This document shows, one piece after another, positions 56,938 to 64,000 of a stretch of DNA of 64,000 nt. The stretch covers positions 1,856,882 to 1,920,881 of the forward strand of contig CAJINV010000009.1 in assembly GCA_905178155.1 (NCBI GenBank). The letters are read 5' to 3'. Under the pieces are notes generated by a model, which was given only the letters and a program-made list of their open reading frames with translations, had not been told where the DNA came from and ran no database searches. How positions within the stretch are numbered: the first letter of the stretch is position 1; every line of letters starts with the position of its first letter. Both the position numbers and the translations under genes were made by a program. Source of the stretch: Amoebophrya sp. A120. Its lineage: Eukaryota; Protista; Dinoflagellata.

Positions 56938-59283
56938 CTACAGGAGCAGGTTGCTGCTGCTGCTTCCGACGACGCGCACGCTTTTTTTGCAGAGGTCCAC
57001 ACCCCTGCCTTCCAAGCCGAACTTCTGAATGCCCGTCACGCGTCGGTAGCCGCCGGACGAGTAGAGGATGTTCTCGTCCGACAGGCCCTCGGCCTTCAGC
57101 TTTTTTGCGTAGTCCTTGCCGAAGATCTTCACTTTGTTCTTGGTGGTCGGCGACAGAAAGACCGAGATGGCGCCCCAAATCATCTGGAAAATGAAGGGCG
57201 AGTTGATCAGCAGAATCTTGTACGCCGAGTCCGGGCTGAAATACTCGTACCGCTTCACGAACTCCGCGAAAAATTGGATTTTCCGCTGCAAGTTCTTCTG
57301 CGACTTCAGCGTCCACGCCATATCGAGCACTATGACGTTTTTGTACTGCAAAACTGAGGTCGTGTCACGATCTTCCTGAGCAGCTGACGAGGATGTTGCA
57401 GATGGTTCTTGGTTTCTATTTGTAGTCTTTTCCTGTTCATCTTCTAGAATCGCGTGATTTGTCCGCATCTTCTCCACCAGAGTTCCGTTCAGCCGCCGTA
57501 TGTTTTCCGTGACGCAGTACTCCATCTGCAGCATGGGTTCCAGCATGCGCTCGCTCCCCACCTCATCGATCGCGGAGAAGTCCAACAGATGCCACAAAAC
57601 CGGATACCCATAAAAGGTCTCGTATCCGAGGTGCAAAACCTCGTAGTCCAGCCACTGGCGCTCCCGTGCGGACAAGTGCGCCACGGCGTACGTGAACGGG
57701 GGCGGGATCAAGGCTGTTGATGCTACAGCAGCCTTCTGCTGGCTCGCGGTCGTGCCCGCACCTCCTGGTGGCGCCGAGTGAGCGTGCGTGAGCCGAGCTA
57801 AATCTTCCTGACCACTCGCCGCGAAAAATTCCGCTGTGTTTTCGGAAATTCTTGCTTTTCCACTGTTAGGGTTGTTCTGATCCCTTTTCATGGAGGGGCT
57901 GGGCGTCGCGCTGCTAGATGAAGCGGTTGAAAGCAGCCCGAGCTTGCTTCGCTCCTGCATGGCCATGCGGAAACAGCGCTCCGTGACTTGGCTACGGTCG
58001 CGCTCCTTGCGGTACCCGAAGACAAACTGCCAGATCAATGATTCGTCCAGCCGAAAACCTCCATGCTTCGGAGCAAACTCGCGCGCGAAAAGTTTCTCGA
58101 GGCGCTCGAACATCAGATTGTCGCGGTCGTCCCGCTGCTCGTACGTCTGCGTCTCCAGGTTCTTTTGGTAGCTCGCTGGAGTGCGCCGGAACTTGCTGTG
58201 CGTGGCGGAGTTGGTGCTTGAAATCTTCCCAGCTCCTGCCGTAAGAGTGCCTTGAGGGGTTGACGATACGGAGCCGGGAAGTTGTGGATTCTGCCTGTAG
58301 TTCCCATAACTGCTTCCTGTCGCTGCCGCGGTCCCGTTTGGTACTCCGGGTCCTCCCGCGGCAGACCGATGCCTTCGCCACCCCTGGTCGCGGTCGCTGG
58401 CGCTGCGATTTGCCTCCGACTCACACGTGTGGAATCCCGCACTGGAGTGTGACCTGGTGAGTTCGCGACTCGGCATACGCTCAAAGTCTGAGTGGTCGTG
58501 AGCTGTCGCAAAGCCTCCGGAGCTAGGTTGAAGTTGTCCACCTTGTGAAGACAAGACTCCCCCGCCCGGAAAACCGAAAGAGAACGAAGAATGCGGGAAC
58601 AAGCCTGGGGATTGTTGTACTGGCTGCGCCTGAGCACCAGCACCCGCTGCGTTCGCGGACCCAGCGCTATACAATTGGGAGGAAGACGATTTCCGTTTTA
58701 TCGCCACCACGGGGGGCTCAAACCCGAGACAACACGCGCGCCCCCACCAGTGGAGCACGCCCTGTAGACAGGCGGCCATGATGCTGCTGTCGTCAACGAT
58801 GTGGCTGACGCGCTGGCTTGATGTTCGGGGAAGCGCCGCGGACTTGTCAGCACGTAGAAGCTGATGGTGAGGCGGAGAGGCTAGTAGTCCTCCAGGTGTG
58901 CTACCGCTGAGCTTGTATAGGCTCGGGCTGGCTGTTGATGAGTAGGGATAATTCAAATGCGGGCTATTGCTCGGCACGTAAGCAGGAAGTTGAGGCTGTG
59001 CTAGAGCGTAGTTTCCTCCGCTTCCGCTCTTGCGATTAGGATTTGCGAACTCCTCGTGACCGTTGTTTGTGTTGCCAGTGCCACTCGTTCTTCCTTTTGG
59101 AGCTAGCCGCAGCTGCTCAAGATCGTCCTCATGGTCCTTTAGAAGGAATAACTTTCGCGAGGAGGGGGCGGTATCAGATTTACCCACGTTTCCCGTGGTG
59201 GAAAAGAGCTTTGGCGTGTTGATGAGCTGCTGAGACCCGGCCGCATTCTCAATACTCGAAGTGCGCGTCGAAGCGGTGGACAT
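56938..59283 (-). CDS. CRAL-TRIO/Sec14-like lipid-binding protein with a long disordered N-terminus
   Basis: VIVLDM..YEYFSPDSAYKILLINSPFIFQMIWGAISVFLSPTTKNKVKIFG..SSGG matches the Sec14 C-terminal pattern. Confidence 0.88.
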   Translation of the reverse strand: MSTASTRTSSIENAAGSQQLINTPKLFSTTGNVGKSDTAPSSRKLFLLKDHEDDLEQLRLAPKGRTSGTGNTNNGHEEFANPNRKSGSGGNYALAQPQLPAYVPSNSPHLNYPYSSTASPSLYKLSGSTPGGLLASPPHHQLLRADKSAALPRTSSQRVSHIVDDSSIMAACLQGVLHWWGRACCLGFEPPVVAIKRKSSSSQLYSAGSANAAGAGAQAQPVQQSPGLFPHSSFSFGFPGGGVLSSQGGQLQPSSGGFATAHDHSDFERMPSRELTRSHSSAGFHTCESEANRSASDRDQGWRRHRSAAGGPGVPNGTAAATGSSYGNYRQNPQLPGSVSSTPQGTLTAGAGKISSTNSATHSKFRRTPASYQKNLETQTYEQRDDRDNLMFERLEKLFAREFAPKHGGFRLDESLIWQFVFGYRKERDRSQVTERCFRMAMQERSKLGLLSTASSSSATPSPSMKRDQNNPNSGKARISENTAEFFAASGQEDLARLTHAHSAPPGGAGTTASQQKAAVASTALIPPPFTYAVAHLSARERQWLDYEVLHLGYETFYGYPVLWHLLDFSAIDEVGSERMLEPMLQMEYCVTENIRRLNGTLVEKMRTNHAILEDEQEKTTNRNQEPSATSSSAAQEDRDTTSVLQYKNVIVLDMAWTLKSQKNLQRKIQFFAEFVKRYEYFSPDSAYKILLINSPFIFQMIWGAISVFLSPTTKNKVKIFGKDYAKKLKAEGLSDENILYSSGGYRRVTGIQKFGLEGRGVDLCKKSVRVVGSSSSNLLL

Positions 59284-61023
59284 ATTTTCGTGTCTCGGGT
59301 GCTTCTTGTTGGGCTGCGGCTACGACGATTGGTTCATCCTCTTGACTTTTTCTACACCTATCCACCACCACGAAACGAAAGCGTGGAGGAATACAATAAT
59401 TTTTGCTCCTTGGAGATGCGCACATCGATGTTAATGATAATTTCCGACGAAATCGAAAAGATAAAGATGCGATTAGGAGGTAGTTTCAGAAAGGTAATTG
59501 CGAGGTGCTGGCGTGCTGCGTGGAAAACCTACGATGCTGATATCTATGATCTTGATCTTCTGAGCGACTCGCTACAGAAGTTCTTGGAGAAAACAGAATA
59601 TTAAAATGGAAATGCTTCTTGCGCTGTGGTCTTACTGGTCTTATGTGAAGAATAAAGTGCATGAGAAAGCTAAAGCTAGCCCATCGTCCATGAATACATA
59701 TTTTGTCGCCAACGTCACACACCGTCACCCGGGTTGGGCGTTCAAATTCGTTGTGAAAATTTACTGGAGGACTGCATGGTCAAGTCATGGTGGGAGGTAA
59801 GATGAAACGATCTCTGCTCATTCTTAGCGTTAGGGTGCGCATGCGCCTGTGTCATCTATCCGTGCTAGCTCTACTACACATCGACAGGAGGAGGCTTTTG
59901 GGCAGTTGGGGTTAGGGACCTGCTTCAGGTGCGTGTGTTGATATTGCGGCTTTATCTTCGAAAATGCTCTGCACGAACCTAAAGAGCTTTCTTATGCTTA
60001 TCTTCGTCTTCCAAATAGGTTCTTGTACTAGCCTATTCGTTATCATTTCTTTTTCTACTGCTCGTGCGTGTGCCTCATCTCTTTGAAGCCGTAGCCATTC
60101 TTACATTATCTCGACCTCCTCCCTCTTTGCAACTGCACGCAATCAACCATACTCCTGTTGCGCGAGGACTTTCTTCGCACTTTCGCTTTGACAAACGCAG
60201 GAGCAGGACATCGAGATTTAAGCCCAATGTGAGTTGTTCAAAAGCAGCTGGGAGAGCACCAGAGCAGTTAGCACACAAAGTCACGTAAAACGACGTCCTA
60301 GACCGAAGACTAACCACTTCGTTGAATTCTGTGTGTACTAGGACCGAATGAATCACGCGGCGCGCGGGTTGCAACCGTCCGATGTTGTGCCTTTATTACT
60401 TCTGGCGATGAATTACCGATTGAAAATCGAAAAACCAAAAAAGGAACATCAGAAAAGCGCCGCATTTGCACGAAATATGCAGTCCCGGGCAGCACATGCA
60501 CATGTGACACTGGACAGAAAGAAATTCAACATCGCAAAATTGATCTTCAAAATCGTGAGAGATTGATAGACCCGAAGATGAAATCTGGAAAAAGCTACAC
60601 GATAGCAAACGAAAACTACAACAAGCAGGCGTTTCATCAAACGCGTAATACTAAATTCGATCGCTTCAAACGCCCAACTACAAGCTTTGTACTTCTAAAT
60701 TTGATGCGGTTGATAGCTAGGTCGTAGGCGATAGAGAGGATACTACTGATTAAGTAGCGGTCAAAGCAGCGATAACTTCATTTTCATTTATCATTTATGT
60801 AGCTGCCACCGCAAGCGCAACGGTTTAGATTTTCATTTTGATTGTCCACGCTGACTAGGACAATAACAAGCTGAAGTGTCTGCTAGAATCATATTCATGA
60901 TTTCCGTACTACATCTACATCTAGCACATGCAACAGAAAAAGAAACTAGATCAGGAAAATGTTGCTACACCGGATCGTCCCCTTGTCCTGGCGGACGGTG
61001 CCACATCGTCCGGTACCTACTAC

Positions 61024-63042
61024 CTAGTCGAACAAATTGCCAAGATCAAACGATGCGTCGTCTACTTCCTCCTGGGCCTGGAAATATTGTTTCAGTCCGA
61101 GATACATCCATTTTTCATACTGGTGCATTCTGCCCAGTATCAATCTCATGACGCTTTCGCTTTTGTGCTTCCCGATGCTCAGGAAGCTCATAATGCTATC
61201 AATTTTGTCTTGCGCCCCCGTCGGCTCCTTTGACAGCGACCAGACACGAGAGATTGCATCAATCTCCTCTTCCCGGATTTCATACTCTGCCGCTAAAGCC
61301 AGAATCGCATCGCGCGGAACGACGAGCTTCTGCTCTACGGTCTGCTGTTGCATTGCGCGGAGTTTCATCAACTCGAGAAATTTTCCCTTCTTCCCGAGGT
61401 GCAACGCATACCCGAGGGGAGAAAACGCAATCCTCACCGCGGGGGAAGCAGTTCCACGACCCCCACGACGGGTCAGCGATTTAGACTTGACATTTCGCAA
61501 AACCTTGTGCTTGACATCCGGGTTCGCCAGCTGCTGGTAGATAATGCAGTCTGGATGCATGTTGCGGTCGTCGAGAAGCGAACTAACGCGTCCGGGACGG
61601 GCAAACCCTGCTTCAGGGCGTTTTTGATCCTTTGAGCTTTCAATTTCCTCGAGGACCTCGTTGAGAGTCAAGTCTGGGCAGCTTTGGCGGGAGTTCTTGT
61701 TCTGCGAAACATGTTTGTCAATTCGGAAGTCGAAGTCCTCGCCGTTCATTCGAATCTGTGCATCCCCCGAAGAGACTCCCTGATATCTTTCCTGGCGCGA
61801 TCGCCCTCGGTAGGATGCAGCTGGTTGCGGTTGTTTTTGAGAAGTACTTCGACTTGCTGAGTGAGTTTCTCCACCTCTTTCACTTCTTCTGGGCGTCCCG
61901 CTGCTCGTGGTTCGAGCAGCAGGAACTGCATGCTCATCATGAGCATGCGCTCTGGTGCTACTTGCTGTCCGTGGTGTAGCGACTACTCCCGAAGATTTTG
62001 CGGGAGAGTTAACTGTCTGTTTAGCGGCGCTGCTGCGACCTCTAGGGCTAGATGCTGGAGATCGTAATTCCATAGCAACAGGCGACGAAGGAGCAGGTCT
62101 GTTTTTTGAGAATTCCATAGCAGGTCTGCCTGAAGAAGGAACTGTTTTTTGAGAAGCACCACGAGCGCTCGTTGGCGGAGACCGGGGTGAAGACTGGGCC
62201 ACGGGCTGTTGATGTTGACGTTGAGCAGGCAGCGATCGGGCGCGGTTCGCAGCGACACGTAAATGATGAAGATCCGCTCCACCTGCAGTTGCATGATCAG
62301 ACGGATGTGCTGGCTGTCGTACGACCATAACAGGTTTAGCTGTAGCTTTTGGTTTTGCCGAAGAACCCCCGCCATAGTCTCGCAGCTGAGCAGCATCAGG
62401 TTGACGTTGAGATAGCGGCTTACTTGCCGCGACCGAGGGCGGCCCGCTGACTCCCTGCTGCAAGGGGGCAGTGCCAGAGTTGCGTGGTGTCGAAGCCGGC
62501 GACCCCGGTCTTGTTCCGCCGGCGCGTGCCCCTGCAACCTGTTGGTGTTGTGTCCTCGGAGAAGCAGCTACAATAGGTCCCCGCCCAGGAGGGGGAGAGG
62601 CAGCACGCTTTTTAGCAGGTACAGAGGCACCACCAGCAGCACGTCGCTGCACCGAATGAGTAGTACCAGTACGTCGATGCAGCGTCGCCTGAAACTGTCG
62701 CTCCACTTCGAGAAAAGCTTCGTCGTCTTCCAGCGAGAGCGGTGCCTTTCCGACCGAAAAAGGGCTTTTCCTTCTGTCCTCGCTGTTACGATTCTGATTT
62801 TGCTGAGAGTCTTCCTCGGATGACCCCACACTTCCCGCTGAATTCTCGTCGCCGTCCGCGCGGATCTCCGTCGCGTCCGCGCGGATCTCCGTGTCGACAT
62901 CGACTTGCGCGGCGCCGGTGGTCCTGTCTGCCGTTTCCAGCTTGTCCGGCGATCCTGCAACAACTCTGTCCTGTGCGGCGACAACGAGGGGACCCGGCAA
63001 GATCGCCGATAACACAGAAACCTTCCGCAAGTGAATCGCCAT
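61024..63042 (-). CDS. Putative secreted Ser/Pro/Ala/Arg-rich protein with a helical C-terminal domain (672 aa)
   Basis: ATG ORF with a signal-like N-terminus (VSVLSAILPGPLVVAA) and a low-complexity middle. Confidence 0.75.
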   Translation of the reverse strand: MAIHLRKVSVLSAILPGPLVVAAQDRVVAGSPDKLETADRTTGAAQVDVDTEIRADATEIRADGDENSAGSVGSSEEDSQQNQNRNSEDRRKSPFSVGKAPLSLEDDEAFLEVERQFQATLHRRTGTTHSVQRRAAGGASVPAKKRAASPPPGRGPIVAASPRTQHQQVAGARAGGTRPGSPASTPRNSGTAPLQQGVSGPPSVAASKPLSQRQPDAAQLRDYGGGSSAKPKATAKPVMVVRQPAHPSDHATAGGADLHHLRVAANRARSLPAQRQHQQPVAQSSPRSPPTSARGASQKTVPSSGRPAMEFSKNRPAPSSPVAMELRSPASSPRGRSSAAKQTVNSPAKSSGVVATPRTASSTRAHAHDEHAVPAARTTSSGTPRRSERGGETHSASRSTSQKQPQPAASYRGRSRQERYQGVSSGDAQIRMNGEDFDFRIDKHVSQNKNSRQSCPDLTLNEVLEEIESSKDQKRPEAGFARPGRVSSLLDDRNMHPDCIIYQQLANPDVKHKVLRNVKSKSLTRRGGRGTASPAVRIAFSPLGYALHLGKKGKFLELMKLRAMQQQTVEQKLVVPRDAILALAAEYEIREEEIDAISRVWSLSKEPTGAQDKIDSIMSFLSIGKHKSESVMRLILGRMHQYEKWMYLGLKQYFQAQEEVDDASFDLGNLFD

Positions 63043-64000
63043 AACGTTCTTGCTGCCTTGTTTTACTTACTGCTCACTACGGGAAGAGGAAGCGAAACGA
63101 AACACGACAAAAACAAAAAGGGCAAGGGAGGCTACAGATAGAGTCTGACCCGTACCCCGCTAATTCTTTCCGCCTATTTGATATGTAGGTGGTCCACCTT
63201 CACGTCTACTGCTAAAACTTCGTATCGGTTATCTTCGTATAGAAAAACGCAAGGGGAACGGGCGCGGGAATGGCGAGGGATACTCAAAAGCTCTGAAGAA
63301 ACTCGGAAAAATTGACAACTAAATTCATTGTCTCATCAGATGTACACGTACGCACGAGGCGCTACTTGCCAGGATGATGTACGAGGTGGAGCGAGCAGGC
63401 GAACAAGACAGGCACGGTGATGAACGTTGAACCGAAAAAATACTGCGCAACTTCTGTACGAAACGGACCGACGGCAATCAAGCAAATGCTGGACGCGGCA
63501 TACGAATTTATTTTTGCGCACGAAGAATAACGTGAACCGATGATCTACCTCCAATATTACGAAGACATCATGGTGGGCTGCCTTGTAGTTTCACTCAATG
63601 TGACAGCGTGCAACGACCAACGCGGAAGTAAAACCGACGAACCGATGAGCTGCTTACCGATGATCTTCATCTTTATCTTTTTCTTTGAGTTTGCAAATAA
63701 ATCACTATCACAGAGACGCACGAGGACAGTGATGCTAATCGTAAACCTATACCTAAACCTAAAGGCGGACTTCGCGTATCACCATGTGGAACAGATACGA
63801 CACGAGGGGGAAAGACAACATCAACATCTCAAATAAATGAATTCCGGAAATGGCAAACTAAGACAGACCACCTTCTCGTTGTTCTATCAGAGTTCATCTT
63901 TTCTTGAAACGAATACGTACGTCAGATCCATACAGCGAAACAATCAAGTAGAAGTACAACAGTATCATGCTGGACCACGCCGGCTTGACGCACACGCACC

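Noticed and set aside
60088-60099. Dinoflagellate spliced-leader relic GCCGTAGCCATT
   Set aside because: Only 12 of 22 nt match, it is antisense to all genes, and I recognised no adjoining SL RNA features
1-64000. Autonomous transposase, maturase or reverse transcriptase for the introners; tRNA or rRNA genes
   Set aside because: No ORF shows recognisable DDE, RT or recombinase motifs and no RNA gene was recognised by eye; HMM and Infernal scans would be needed to exclude them

Overview
Eukaryotic protist DNA, most likely a Syndiniales dinoflagellate such as Amoebophrya (inferred from gene organisation and intron style, not from a search). All of the roughly 15 credible genes lie on the minus strand. 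They include a Rex4-like exonuclease, a WW plus CHCHD2-like protein, a 2OG-Fe(II) oxygenase, a PKA-like kinase, a degenerate HIBCH/mS47-like crotonase, a RAP-domain protein, a secreted WSC/PAN-Apple adhesin of about 3,600 aa, a PPR-like protein, a DNAJB12/14-like co-chaperone and a CRAL-TRIO protein. The main signal is a set of at least seven non-GT-AG introns built like miniature DNA transposons. Each has (T)TAT...ATA(A) terminal inverted repeats, a 2-5 bp flanking direct repeat and an unrelated interior. Removing each one with one repeat copy restores the reading frame, in some cases mid-domain. One of these introns contains a second, nested TATATTA...TAATATA element carrying a palindromic tandem array. 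About ten ordinary GT-AG introns occur in the window, several in genes that also carry a non-canonical intron. Exon joins were worked out by hand and need RNA confirmation.
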